A DNA stretch of 64,000 nt, from the NCBI RefSeq assembly GCF_006345805.1, contig NC_043004.1, forward strand, positions 50,902,001 through 50,966,000, read 5' to 3'. This DNA is from Octopus sinensis (Eukaryota). Numbering within the stretch: position 1 is the stretch's first letter; each line of letters starts with the position of its first letter. The notes beneath the pieces were generated by a model that was not told the DNA's origin, ran no database searches, and saw nothing but the letters and a program-made list of their open reading frames with translations. Positions 1-12,655 of this stretch are shown in pieces. The translations under genes and the position numbers were made by a program.

Positions 1-710
1 GGGTCCTGGCATCTGCCGGGTGCTAGTCATAGGATTGGTTCAATTTCGATTCCGATTTCGATTTCACTTGCCCCAACAGGTCTTCGCAAGCGACGACAGG
101 CGTAGGTGCCTGTCGTCGGATGAGGTTCGATATCGACTTCGCTTGCCTCAACAGGTCTTTGTGTGTCCAAGGGAGGAAAGGCATGCATAAGTGGGCTGGA
201 CTCACTTGTCCTGCCTGGTCTTTTCACGCACAGCTTATTTCCAAAGGTCTCGGTCGCTGGTCATTTCCTCAGTGAGACCTAAAGTTCGAAGGTCGTGCTT
301 CACCACCTCGTCCCAAGTTTTCCTGGGTCTACCTCTTCCACTGGTTCCCTCCACTGCTAGGTATTGGCACTTTTTTACACACCTATCTTCATCCATTCTC
401 GCCACATGACCATACCAGCGCAATCGTCTCTCTTGCACACCACAACTGATGCTCCTTAGGTCAACATTTCTCTCAGGGTACTAACGCTCTGTCGAGCATG
501 CACACTGACATTACACATCCATCGGAGCATACTGGCTTCATTTCTCGCGAGCTTACGCATGTCCTCAGCAGTCACGGCCCATGTTTCACTGCCATGTAGC
601 ATGGCTGTTCGTACACATGCATCATACAGTCTGCCTTTTACTCTGAGCGAGAGGCCTTTAGTCACCAACAGAGGTAAGAGCTCCCTAAACTTTGCCCAGG
701 CTATTCTACC
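1..710 (-). mobile_element. RTE-clade LINE, 5'-truncated 3' fragment (frameshifted C-terminus plus 3' UTR)
   Basis: ORFs 456-668 and 235-438: KGRLYDACVRTAMLHGSETW, RRLRWYGHVARM, GRGRPRKTW, DRDLWK, typical of RTE C-termini. Confidence 0.9.
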
Positions 711-769
711 CCCATATATATATATAATATATATATATATATATACATATATTTCTCTCCGCCATCTTT

Positions 770-1451
770 AGCAGGTCAACTAAAAGGGAGCTGAGAGATT
801 CCCACGCCATTATCCTTCTCTTCTCCACTTTTGCCCGACCCCACCTTGAATACTGCTGTCCACTGTGGTCTCCCTACAAGAAACAAAATATTATGAGAAT
901 TGAAGCTCTCCAAAAGTCAATTACAAAAAAGATAGATGGCATGTCAGACCTCGACTACTGGGGTAGACTAGAAAAGCTGAAACTGTATTCACTCCAACGA
1001 CGCCGTAAACGCTACATTATCTGTATGATGTGGAAAATATTCCATCAGCACTGTCTGAATGATGTTGGCATCACCTTCAAAATACATCCAAGGCTTGGAC
1101 CACGTGCCATCCGTCCACAACAAAAATGTAAATCGCATCTCATAACAACAATACGGCACAATTATTTCACCTCAATTGGACCCGCTCTCTTCAACATTAC
1201 ACCAGGACACGTCAAAACAGAAACTGGCCACACAAAATCCAAGAAGTCTTTGTACAAATTCCTTCAAACAGTCCCGGACAAACCACCCACACCCGGATAT
1301 GTCTCCGCAAACAATAACTCTCTGCTCGAATGGGCCTTGCTGCCAAAATCCTGAATTGAAAGACTTCGCCAGGTGGTGCTATTAAGTTAAACATGGCCTA
1401 GGCCAATACTGGTCAAAACCTTTCTAAGTTATTCTAAGTTATTCTAAGTTA
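770..1451 (+). mobile_element. CR1-group LINE 3' fragment with tandem 10-bp tail
   Basis: In-frame RPHLEYCCPLWSPY..IEALQKSITKKI..LDYWGRLEKLKLYSLQRRR; ends in (ATTCTAAGTT)x3 at about 1421-1450. Confidence 0.85.
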
Positions 1452-1474
1452 CATGCATATATATGTATATTCGA

Positions 1475-1700
1475 GAAGAGAGGGGGACGAGGGATGGGGG
1501 AGAGAAGAGAGGGTAGGGGGAGGAGGAGGAGGGGAGAGAGGATATATATATATATGTATTATATATATATATATATACATAAATATATATATGAACATGC
1601 ATATATATGTATATTCAGATATATATATATATATCCTCTCTCCCCTCCTCCTCCCGCCTCCCCTCCTTCTCTCCCCCATCCCCCGTCCCCCTCTCTTCTC
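1475..1700. repeat. Imperfect inverted repeat: purine-rich arm and pyrimidine-rich arm around a TA-rich spacer
   Basis: 1475-1550 is approximately the reverse complement of 1622-1700. Confidence 0.7.
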
Positions 1701-1987
1701 TCCTCTCCTCTCTCTCCTCATATACCCACCTTCCCCTCCCCCTAAACTCACCCACACACCCATCCCCACATTTCCACACCCACATATACATACACACACA
1801 CATCCAGACCACCAGCCCTCTTTCACACGCACATATATACTCTCTTATACACACACGCACCTTTGTGTTGGGGGTACCTTCGTATTGGAAGTCACTTGAC
1901 CCTCTTATCTTCCCTACTGTCCCTCTCGCGTCTGACCACTGTCCGAAGTCAGAACGCATTTTTTTTCTCTCCTTGTTTTTTTCTGTG

Positions 1988-2028
1988 TATTTTACTGTCG
2001 AAGAGCATAGGCTCGAAACATAAAATAC
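1988..2028 (+). ncRNA. Degenerate minimal type I hammerhead motif (CUGUCGA family)
   Basis: CTGTCGA-A-GAGC-ATAG-GCTC-GAAAC-ATA; same repeat family as 28780-28960. Confidence 0.45.
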
Positions 2029-2118
2029 TTTTTCTATTCCTGAGCGTTATACTAATACATTTGTTTGTTTGTACTCCACCTGCCTTCGTCTTTTGTTTGT
2101 TTTCGTAAACTTTCCCTT

Positions 2119-2149
<31 letters not shown>

Positions 2150-2156
2150 ATATATA

Positions 2157-2197
<41 letters not shown>

Positions 2198-2423
2198 TAT
2201 ATATATATATATATATACATACATACATACACATGCACACACATACATAAACACGCGCGCACACACACACACACACACATGAACAGTTAAATAAATAATT
2301 ACACTGGTCAACAAAATTAAATATATTATACTCATTATGAATGCAAACGGTTTTAGGCTAATTTTTCATGCTGAATTCAAAATTTCACTCCATTTGTATG
2401 CAACACGTATCAGTTTGTGAGTC

Positions 2424-2826
2424 ATTCATCATCATTGTTCGACCGTGGTCGAGACAATGGAATTTACCATGCTACGCCAGACTTCACGGTCCATCATGGC
2501 ATTACGGAGGTCCTGTTGCTGGATGCCTGTATCCCTGGAGATTACATCAGGGTAGGAGAGTGTGCGCCCTCTGGTATTGCGAGTAGATGGCTTCCAGAGG
2601 AGAAGAGTAGAAATTGCCTCGTTTTCAGCTCTACAACAATGTCCAGCAAACTGGACTCTCCTACCTTTCACAAGAGATGACACAGGTGGTAGTTTCCCAT
2701 ATATTTGCATTTTGGTTGGATGATGCTTCCACGAGAGATTTTGAGCTCTCATAAGGAGGCGAGTGTAGGTTCCATCCAACCGCCTCTCAAGCTTCTTTGA
2801 TAAGGTCCAGGTTTCTGAGCCATACG
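2424..2826 (-). mobile_element. RTE-group LINE 3' fragment nested in the Chapaev3 element
   Basis: YGSETWTL..LDGTYTRLL..RRVQFAGHCCR; (TGA)n tail; near-identical copy at 54143-54490. Confidence 0.85.
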
Positions 2827-3029
2827 TGCAAATATATGCATATTTGTATATATGAAATCATTAACGTAATAAATAAGGACTTATTATTTTTAGAAAGTAA
2901 ATGAGTTTATTGAGATAATAAAAAATCATTACTATCATTTTACAAAGAGTGAATACACAAAAACTGGGTCAGAGAAAACAGACAAAGTTAGAACAACAGA
3001 GTTAGAAACATTGTGATTTGGATTTCCTG

Positions 3030-4575
3030 CGGTGTTCCTGATCTGGCTCTTCACGGTAAAGTCTCCAGCAGTAGTCAGCCGGCATACTGTCATTCCAGAA
3101 GCCTTGGAACCGTTTCTCCATAGCACTAATGTCCTACCGAAATCTTTCATCATGCTCATTAGACACTGCTCCAAGGTTATCTGCGAAGAAATCCAGATGG
3201 GAGTCCAAGAAGTGAACTTTCAGTGACATGCGACAACCTATTGCTGAGTAACATTTCAGAAGATTCTTGATGCCATACTTGTAGGTTCTTGATACCTCCT
3301 TGTTGCCCAAGAAATTCTCACAGATCCGATTGAAAGCATTCCAGGTAAGCAGTTCCAGTTCATTCAGTGTTGTCTTGAAGTTGACATCTTTGAGTACCTC
3401 TCTAATTTGTGGTCCGACAAAGATACTCTCTTTCAACGTCGCCTGTGTGATTTTGGGAAACTTTTCTACAATATACTTAAATCCTCAGACATTTCTCTTC
3501 CCTAGTGTCTTTACAAACTGTTTCATCAGTCCAAGCTTTATGTGCAAAGGAGGCAATATGACATTATATGGATCTACAAGAGGTGTATTCTTGACGCTAG
3601 ACAGTCCTGGCTGGTATGATGTTCTTGTCTGTCAGTTTGATTCCGAATAATGCCTGTCAGTTGCCTGACTATCCCATAGACACAAGAAACAACAGTATTT
3701 TGTGAAACCTGACTGCATTCCCATTTACATTCCAATGACTTTTAAATCTCCACATATTTTCCAGGAGTATCTTTCATAGGCAATGGCAAGAAGTAAAAGT
3801 TCCATATGATTCATAAAGATAAACGGAGTGTGCAACAGAAACGGAGGACTTCAATTACAATTATGGAGAAGTACAGCTTTTAAATTTCGTTTAATAAACA
3901 AACGCCACTCTGCGGGATCATGATTTTGCGATAAACATTTGAAAAGTCCATCGGTGTTACTGCAAAAGTAAAGCAGGCCAGGAAAACACGTTTGCCGAAA
4001 ATAAGTTATACGAACACCGTGTTCTAGAAGATACTTCTCCTTCAACCTTGATGCCAACAGCTCTGTTTTATCTTTTGAGAGAGATAAGTCTCTGACAAGG
4101 TTATTCTGTTCAGCTTGCGAAAATTTCCGAGGTTCAAAGCTATTGTCATCAGTCGCGTAATCTTCCTCGGCAGTACTATCATGACAGTCAGCATCATCAT
4201 CTAATGTTTCGCTACCATCATTTGATGGAACTGGAATTGGCAGACTTCCATTGTGAGGCACAGGTCTCATTGCAGAATCCAAATTGGGATACACTTTGCA
4301 AAAATAACAGTCATTAAAATGGTCTTTCGGCTTCCTCCATATCACTGGAATGACAAAGGCATGGACTTCAAATTGAACCAGTCACGTAAGCCATTTGAAC
4401 AAGCTGAGCAGATAAAATGTGGTTCCCATAACTTGTCCTGATCTCCAAGAGGACAGTCAAAGTATAGCTTATAAATCTTCTTGATCACTGGTGTTATTGT
4501 ACGTTTTTGAGCTTTCACAGTAAATTGTCCACAGACATAACAAAACACGTCTGGACGATTTCTACACTATCATGA
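3030..4575 (-). pseudogene. Chapaev3 transposase, multiply frameshifted
   Basis: FCYVCG, GDQDKLWEPH, MIWRKPKDHFNDCYFC, LVRDLSLSK, LKAVLLHN, PPLHIKLGLMKQFVK, MSLKVHFLDSHLDFF..NLGAVSNEH.ERF. Confidence 0.88.
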
Positions 4576-5477
4576 CATTCTTAACACTGTAAAACAAGAA
4601 AGGAAATATATACAAACGGTTATACTTATATTGAATTTGAGATGATGAAATATTTCATCAGACCAATTATGACTGGACAATTTGAGATGTTGAAATACCT
4701 ATTTCATCAGACAAAACCTGACAGATGACGAAATATTGCACCTGAACTATGCAGCAATGAATAATGTAGTTTATTTTAAAGGTATGTTTTCCACGATGTA
4801 AAGGAAATACACGCATACACGTCATTAATTGGAGTTTCTATATAATGCACGAGCTAAAACCCAAAATCTTTTTCATCTTGAAAACTGTACGTAATGTCAA
4901 AAAACTAACTGTATGTTTGAAATCAGCATTAAAAACTACACTAAGTACACCTTGACATATACTTGATGAAAAATACATGTTGACCAGTGTTATATACACA
5001 CTAACTAATAGCAAGCAACGAGAATGAGTGTTCAACACCGCATTGGTGGATAAATATTCTTGCTTTGTGGGTTAACAAGACTACCAATGGTTTCATGTAA
5101 ATAATTCTTTACAATTGACTACAGCCATGCTTGGGCACCACTTTTAAAAATTTTAGTTAAACATCGGTTGTCAAGCAGTGATGAGGGATAAACACAGATA
5201 CAAAGGCACATACACATAGATATATACATACATATACATAAATATAGGACAGGCTTCTTTTAGTTTCCGTTTACCAAATCCATTCATAAGGCTTTTGTCC
5301 GAGGTGCCACGCATTGGGACTGAACCTAGATCCATGTAGTTTGGAAGCAGGCTTAATATTTTTGATAGTCTTTTTGTTTTCTAAAGGACCTCCGGCTGAT
5401 AAGAATCTAAAAGTCTCTAATAAAAACGAATTCACTCCTGACATTTTAAAATTCAAATCGACACGCAAACACACACA

Positions 5478-5531
<54 letters not shown>

Positions 5532-6387
5532 AAAGTTGACTGTCACAAAAAAAGAGTATTCTGTACCATAGTAGATATATTTTATCTTAGTTACGAGCAT
5601 AACTTCGCTGAAAACCCTGGGCAGCCACAGGCGGAACTTGAGTTGCAAGAGACTGACACAACCTATTCCATATATGTCTGGAAATGAAATGCTTTTATTG
5701 CATTTTTGACTTTGAGATTAGATACATTATTTTAAAATGTTCACTACCTTGCAAAAACTCTATCAGTTAAGTAAATAATCTTCCCTAAACGCATTATAAC
5801 ATAATCTGATGTCTATTTCAGAAAATTATCGCCGTTCCCTTTGAGCCTATAAAAGACAAATTTGGCTGGGACAAAATGAGTAAGACAAGATAATGTAAAT
5901 TCACCGCTTCAGTTTTCCAAAAACCAGACTCGTAGACATCTATATCCATCCAGACATCTGAAAGATCAGAAATGCAAAACTAATTTTAAATATCTGGGTC
6001 AAATTAAAGAGGGTCAGGGGAAAATGGCACATGATATGAAATTAACGAAACCCGACTAAATAGAAAAAAGCACAACATAAAATATCGGCTGCCGGAGTGT
6101 CTTCTTTGTGAAATGTTTATTCACCACGCAGTTAAAGAGAAATTATTGATATTCGACATTACTCATTTTACCCCATTTTAGACATCGTGTTTTGAAACTT
6201 GGAAATTATCAAAAATTATAAAACTAGACATTAGTATGGGAAAAATTGACTTAGAAACCAACAAAGAAAAGAATACAGTTCCATATTTAAGAGATGAGGA
6301 ATTATGTACATTATTTACACTATTTACATTATTTACATTTGACGGATATTTGTCCTCATCTCGTTTGTTGTTAACACGTTTCCCCAA

Positions 6388-6433
6388 GACACCTGATGAA
6401 GGCTGGAGGGCATATCAGCCGAAACGTTGTGTT
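6388..6433 (+). ncRNA. Minimal type I hammerhead ribozyme (Penelope pLTR type)
   Basis: GACAC-CTGATGA-A-GGCTG(10 nt)CAGCC-GAAAC-GTT-GTGTT; lies inside inverted repeat 6320-6382 / 6421-6483. Confidence 0.8.
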
Positions 6434-7001
6434 AACAACAAACAAGATGAGGACAAATATCCGTCAAATGTAAATAGTGTAAAGAAAATAATATTAATAT
6501 TAAATAATTTAAAGAAAAGAATATTAAACACCAAAACTTATCAGCAACCTCAATTAAAATCGGGTCAAAGTTGGGCAAAGATTTCTTGAAAAACGAATAA
6601 CTGCCACGTGACTACATTTCGGATTCTCTTCAACAACAACAACAACAACAACTATGCTGACCAATTTTTACTTCTAAGGTTGATGCAAGAGTACAAAATA
6701 ATGTTCCACTACTTGCAATGTAATGGTCTTAAACAGGTCAGGAGAAAATAACGAGAAAGCAGGATCTACTCATTTTGCCCCGGTCAGTAATTTTGACTCA
6801 CACCCGAAATATATTAGTTTCAAATTTTAGCACAAGGCCAGCAAGTTTGGGGAAGTGGATAAGTCGATTACATCGGACTCAATGCGCAACCAATATTTAT
6901 TTTATCGACCCCGAAAGGATGAAACGCAAAGTCAACCTCGGCGGAGTTTGAACTTAGAAAGTAAAAGCGGACGAAATGCCGCTAAGTATGTAGATCGGCG
7001 C

Positions 7002-7040
<39 letters not shown>

Positions 7041-7044
7041 CAAC

Positions 7045-7250
7045 CTGCACAGTCTATATAAGCTCAAGTAGATAAGCTGTTCGCATGAAGAGATCCTACG
7101 GCGTGCTGGTCTGTCTCCCATGATGAGAATCTTCTTTGCTAGAAATTTACGTTGGTTCGGACACGTACACAGAGGGGAGAATAGCAGGCTTCCCAGTCAA
7201 CTGCTTTACTTCCAACTATGCATGGGGAAAAGAAATCATAGAAGACCTAA
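7045..7250 (+). mobile_element. RTE LINE C-terminal fragment
   Basis: Translates to HEEILRRAGL..RNLRWFGHVHR..SRLPSQLLY..GKRNHRRP. Confidence 0.7.
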
Positions 7251-7256
7251 GATACT

Positions 7257-7428
7257 AGGCGCAGGAGTGGCTGTGTGGTAAGTAGCTTGCTAACCAACCA
7301 CATGGTTCCGGGTTCAGTCCCACTGCGTGGCATCTTGGGCAAGTGTCTTCTACTATAGCCCCGGGCCGACCAATGCCTTGTGAGTGTATTCGGTAGACGG
7401 AAACTGAAAGAAGCCTGTCGTATATATG

Positions 7429-7459
<31 letters not shown>

Positions 7460-7665
7460 CTGTGTTTGTCCCCCTAGCATTGCTTGACAACCGATGCTGG
7501 TGTGTTTAAGTCCCCGACACTTAGCGGTTCGGCAAAAGAGACCGATAGAATAAGTACTGGGCTTACAAAGAATAAGTCCCGGGGTCGATTTTCTCGACTA
7601 AAGGCGGTGCTCCAGCATGGCCACAGTCAAATGACTGAAAACAAGTAAAAGAGAGAGTAAAGAGT
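7257..7665 (+). mobile_element. SINE family A (tRNA-derived, about 400 bp, internal TA/TG microsatellite), full length
   Basis: A-box-like GTGGCTGTGTGG, B-box-like GGTTCAGTCCC, CTTGGGCAAGT core, GTAAAAGA tail; more than 10 copies in window. Confidence 0.85.
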
Positions 7666-7707
7666 ATACTGCTAAATGAAATAAAAGGTGAACAGTTAAG
7701 GTTATTT

Positions 7708-7939
7708 CTTTTACTCTTTTACTTGTTTCAGTCGTTTGTCTGCGGCAATGCTGGAGCACCGCCTTTAGTCGAGAAAATCGACTCTAGGACCTATTCTTTT
7801 TTAAGCCTAGTACTTATTCTATCGGTCTCTTTTGCTGAACCACTGAGTTATGGGGACGTAAACACACTGGCGTAGGTTGTCAAGCGATGTTGAGAGACAA
7901 ACACAGACACACAAACATACACACACACACACCACATAC

Positions 7940-7972
<33 letters not shown>

Positions 7973-8008
7973 CATACATATATATATAATATACACATAT
8001 ATATATAT

Positions 8009-8067
<59 letters not shown>

Positions 8068-8493
8068 ATAAATATAATGAAGGCGGCAAGCTGGCAGAAA
8101 CGTTAGCACGCCGGGCAAAATGCGTAGCCGTATTTCGTCTGCCGTTACGTTCCGAGTTCAAATTCCGCCGAGGTCGACTTTGCCTTTCATCCTTCCGGGG
8201 TCGATAAATTAAGTACCAGTCACGCACTGGGGTCGATGTAATCGACTTAATCCCTTTGTCTGTCCTTGTTTGTGTCCTCTGTGTTTAACCCCTTGTGGGT
8301 AGTAAAGAAATATATATATACATATATACGACGGGCTTCTTTTCAGTTTCCGTGTACCAAATTTACTCACAAGGCTTTGGTCCGCCCGAGGCTTTAGTAG
8401 AAGACACTTGCACAAGATGCCACGCAGTGGGAATGAACCCGGAACCATGTGGTTGGTAAGCAAGCTACTTACCACACAGCCACTCCTGCGCCT
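7708..8493 (-). mobile_element. SINE family A split by a family B SINE inserted in its central (TA)n
   Basis: 3' half 7708-7925, 5' half 8325-8493, SINE B in between. Confidence 0.75.
8080..8310 (+). mobile_element. SINE family B (tRNA head plus Nin/Deu-domain-like core)
   Basis: GGCGGCAAGCTGGCAGAA A box, GAGTTCAAATTCC B box, GCCTTTCATCCTTCCGGGGTCGATAAATTAAGTACCAG core; more than 15 copies in window. Confidence 0.8.
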
Positions 8494-8885
8494 ATACACA
8501 TTTTGTATGGAAATTATATAGCCAGCACTGATTTTGTTACGACATTTCGTATCCGAGACGTCTGCTGTAAACAATAGAGTTCGAAGGTAATCGGCGTATA
8601 CGCCATATTCCAGGACTTTTTGCTCCTTCATCAGCACCCATCCAAGCCATTCATCGTCCACAAACACGTTGCTTACTTAGCTAATGAATATAGCGATGTA
8701 ACGTTATTGGTTATGACAATTTTACATATCAAACACATTCCTCGAAGCTTGTACGTAATGACCTCCAGGGACACCGTATTTCGGTATGCGATCAAAATAT
8801 GCTACAAAATATATTGAGCGTTTTTAAAAGTCAATACTCTGTTCTACTGCGTTACCAGTGCTATTACATCACTTGTTAAGGTTGT

Positions 8886-9236
8886 CTTACTCTTTTACTT
8901 GTTTCAGTCATTTGACTGTGGCCATCCTGGAGCAAAATCGACCGCAGGACTTATTCTTTGTAAGCCTAGTACTTATTCTATCGGTCTTTTTTGCCAAACC
9001 GCTAAGTTACGACGACGTAAACACATCAGTTTCGGTCGTCAAGCGATTTGGGGGGGATAAACACAGACACACAAACACACATATATACATATATACGACA
9101 GGCTTCTTTCAGTTTCTGTCTACCAATTCCACTCACAAGGCTTTGGTCGGTCCGAGGATATAGTAGAAGACACTTGCCCAAGGTGCCACGCAGTGGGACT
9201 GAACCCGGAACCATGTGGTTCGTAAGCAAGCTGCTT
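8886..9236 (-). mobile_element. SINE family A body; its head resumes at 11405-11443 after two insertions
   Basis: Matches the family A copies until 9236; remaining GTAAGCAAGCTACTTACCATACAGCCACTCC is at 11405. Confidence 0.8.
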
Positions 9237-9335
9237 TATTTCATGAAAATTCGCCATTAAGGCGTTACACAGAGGGGACATACAAGGACAGACAAACATA
9301 AAAGGGTGAAGTAGCTTAACGTAAGCAAGCTACTT

Positions 9336-11404
9336 TATTTCATAAAATTTATCCTCATAGACAGTACAAAGAGTGTGTAGCTTTGCGCGCTGGACAAACA
9401 CATTAATGAATGAAAATGAAATAGAATGAATAAATGAGAGACGAAACCCAACACCCGCCGATTGGATTTTTCTCGAAAACATATTTTCTTTTTTTAAAAA
9501 ATCAGTATGAGGTTTCAAACCTCTAACAAGAAGGAGGCACTAAAACCTCTTACTTAACATGTTTTTTTTAAACACACAACTGAGGTTATAAACCACTACA
9601 AATAATACAATAAGATGAGGTTTCAAACCCTATAACGAGGGCATTTCACCTCCTACACTTCGATATATCTATCGATATATTCATCATTATCTTCAATGCC
9701 GCTTGAGTTCCTGTATCCCGCCATTTCCCATGCCTCACTCATGTAGGACATGTAAGTCGTGTAAGGGCCACCCGGCCATATACAACACTCCTCCCCAAAT
9801 CCTTTAAGCCTTTTCCACAAGGGAAACCTTATGACCTCCACAGCTATCTGCGGAGGCCATTCGGGATCCCGTGTGAAGGGCATATCTACTGTCACTTTAT
9901 GTTCTTCTACTATTTTTTCCACCTCTCCGCCCTTATAGAAAAAGATAATTAATTAATCATCTTTAAGGGTGGGGGTGATTTCTTCCACCGTGGGTGGCAC
10001 AACTTCGGGACATGCAGACGGCACATCATCTCCCCGCTGAGATGACTCGTTCTTCTTCCTTCTTTTTTTCTTTTCTTCCTGACTTCGGGAGAGTGGAGCT
10101 CTTCCGCTTTGTCCAGAGACTCTCTCCCGCCTCCCGAAGCCTTAGGTTCCTTCGGCGGGCAACTATTGTTGCCCGCCTTCTTCCTTTTTAATCCTTTTTT
10201 AGTTGAGGAGGCTAAAGCCTCCTCGACCACATCCACCTCTCCCTCTGACCGGGTAGGGGAGGTGGCATCTAGTGACTGTTCCAGGACCTTACCATGGTTC
10301 TGGGGGCAGTTCCTTTTAATGTGGCTTGGCTGCAGGCACGAGTGACACTTGGGGGGACGTCCCTCAAGTATCACCGGATACCTGCAGCCAGCCATTTTCA
10401 AGAAATCTGGAAAAAACAGGTCTGTTGTGGCCGATGGGGTCCACAGGGTCAAAATCGCTTTTGACCCTTCCCAATCGACTGCCGGCAATACCCTTACATT
10501 TAAGAGCCTGGGTTCGCCATCCCCCAGTCCCCGTCGGATGGTATCTTCAATCCAATCCGCTTCGGTGCCTTGGGGCAACCCACATACCCAGGCTCTTATT
10601 AATTTCCTCTCGCAATATGACGGGAGGAGCAGAATTTCCTTGCCTTCTAAAGGCTGACTCGCAAACTGGCGAACCTTTTCCCCGTTGTCAAACAGCAACC
10701 ATACGGTTGCATGTTTGACATCACGGGATATATATTTTAAAGAGGACAAATAGTCTTTAAGTTCATTTTTTATAACTTGTTTTGGGAAGACGGTGATAGA
10801 ATTAAGAACTTTAGAATAAGTTCTAAGCACCATCGTCTTCTCCTCCATATCTTTTAACCACTGCTTAGGCGGGCTAATTTCCCACTCTAAGACAGAGTTT
10901 TTCTTTTTAAGTTCCTCCTCTGCCAGGTCAAAAAACAGTTCAAAAGTATTTCAAAAGACAGTCTGCCAAAAATTAAACCGAATAAAAATAAAACAAAATA
11001 AAGAGGGGAGGAAAACTGAAATTAAAGTAATGAAAAGAATGAACCAAAATTTAGAAAGAAAGAAAATAAGAAGGAAAAGTAAAGAAAAACCTCACAAAAG
11101 CACAACAGGGAATCCTTTGTATAATGCTCCTAAAGGTAATCCAAATGGCTTATTCTTGAAGTTCGGAAAAATTGTACTCTTTCTGGCGAGATACGCCCAC
11201 TAGAATTTACAAAAAGAATTTTCAAGCAAAAATTCTCAATTCACCGTTACGGTGATGAGAACCCAGTATTTTGCTCGCTATAGCGAGCCATAATTGACAA
11301 TTTTCTTTTTGTTCTCTTTTCTATTCACAGAGCCCCCCAAAAATCTCACATCTTGTCACTGTAACAGTCCAGACCAACTAGTGTTGCATTCTGGGTAACC
11401 GGAA
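9336..11404 (-). mobile_element. ORF1-only Tx1/L1-clade retroelement (HAL1-like) flanked by a 15-bp target duplication
   Basis: GTAAGCAAGCTACTT at 9321-9335 and 11405-11419; CCHC ORF1; no EN or RT motifs seen; 3' end ATGAAATAAA. Confidence 0.7.
9949..10848 (-). CDS. Gag-like ORF1 protein with CCHC zinc knuckle (likely continues by frameshift into 9653-9922)
   Basis: 299 aa ORF; YPVILEGRPPKCHSCLQPSHIKRNCP (C-x2-C-x4-H-x4-C) followed by a basic low-complexity tail, as in Tx1 ORF1. Confidence 0.75.
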   Translation of the reverse strand: MEEKTMVLRTYSKVLNSITVFPKQVIKNELKDYLSSLKYISRDVKHATVWLLFDNGEKVRQFASQPLEGKEILLLPSYCERKLIRAWVCGLPQGTEADWIEDTIRRGLGDGEPRLLNVRVLPAVDWEGSKAILTLWTPSATTDLFFPDFLKMAGCRYPVILEGRPPKCHSCLQPSHIKRNCPQNHGKVLEQSLDATSPTRSEGEVDVVEEALASSTKKGLKRKKAGNNSCPPKEPKASGGGRESLDKAEELHSPEVRKKRKKEGRRTSHLSGEMMCRLHVPKLCHPRWKKSPPPLKMIN

Positions 11405-12241
11405 GTAAGCAAGCTACTTACCATACAGCCACTCCTACGTCTATTGCCTCTACAAATTTTCTATAGAAATTATAACCAGCACTGATTTTCATACGGCGTT
11501 TCGTTTCCAAGACTTCTGATGTAAACAACAATGTTTTTTTCACCATTGTATGCAAAGCTCTATCTGAAAAGTTGCATAGTATTTGGTGTGTTATGTTACT
11601 TTTAGCAAGGTGGAACAGAAACAATGGTAGCTGGTCATTAAAGATGTGCTAAACTCTTTCTTTGCTTTCTTATTTGGACGCTGTACGATCGAGCGTGCGT
11701 GCGTGTGCGTGTATGTGTATATATGTGTGTCTAAGTGTGTGTGTGTCTTTGTATATGTGTGTGGAGGTGGAGGTGTGTACACACACATGCATACACGAAA
11801 ACACACACATACATACGTACATATACACGTACGCAGGTGCTATAATTCTAAAGTTAAATAGGTCTGTTTTCATCTTTCAATAAACAAGTTCTTTTATTGA
11901 CATGCTGTGAGTGATGTATTAAGATAATCTCCACATAGAAGAAATTTACGTTAATCTAACTCTACTTCTGCAGCGTTAAGACTCTTAATTGTTATAAACA
12001 CCACATCTTAAAAAATATAGCAGTTTGAATTATTAGACATGCTTGTATATTTGTATGCATATTTCTATATACACATGGGTTCTGTATGCGTGGTGTGTGT
12101 ATGTGTGCTGTGTGCATGTGTGTGTGTATGTGTACGTGCATACAGATACGCTCAGCCTCACATATATTAAATATATACTTTCATAGATGTATTTTTCTAT
12201 GTTTATATATATGTATGGTTATATATATATATATAATATAT

Positions 12242-12283
<42 letters not shown>

Positions 12284-12373
12284 CTATATATTATATATAT
12301 GTATATATATATTCAGGGTGATACTTGATAGTTGTAAGCACCTGTATATATGTCCTTGAAGTATTAACTGTAC

Positions 12374-12459
12374 GCGGCTGAAGAAGGCCATAGTACACAT
12401 TTACATCAATTATGCATTGTATAAACCGTCTAATAAAGGCCCGAAACATATGTACCCGC
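12374..12459 (+). ncRNA. Type I hammerhead motif with long loop II
   Basis: GCGG-CTGAAGA-A-GGCC..GGCC-C-GAAAC-ATAT-GTA-C-CCGC; palindromic stem III ACATATGT; in a short repeat between (TA)n tracts. Confidence 0.6.
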
Positions 12460-12491
12460 TAAATCCTTTGAATCATGTTTTTTCTTGATTA

Positions 12492-12575
<84 letters not shown>

Positions 12576-12610
12576 TATGTATATATATAATATTATATAT
12601 GCATATATAT

Positions 12611-12654
<44 letters not shown>

Positions 12655-12655
<1 letters not shown>

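Larger units (their letters stand above)
2302..4989 (-). mobile_element. Chapaev3 (CMC superfamily) DNA transposon with both ends and a decayed transposase
   Basis: TIRs CACTGGTCAACA (2302-2313) and TGTTGACCAGTG (4978-4989); TTA on both flanks (3-bp TSD); subterminal IR 2362-2381 / 4916-4935. Confidence 0.88.
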
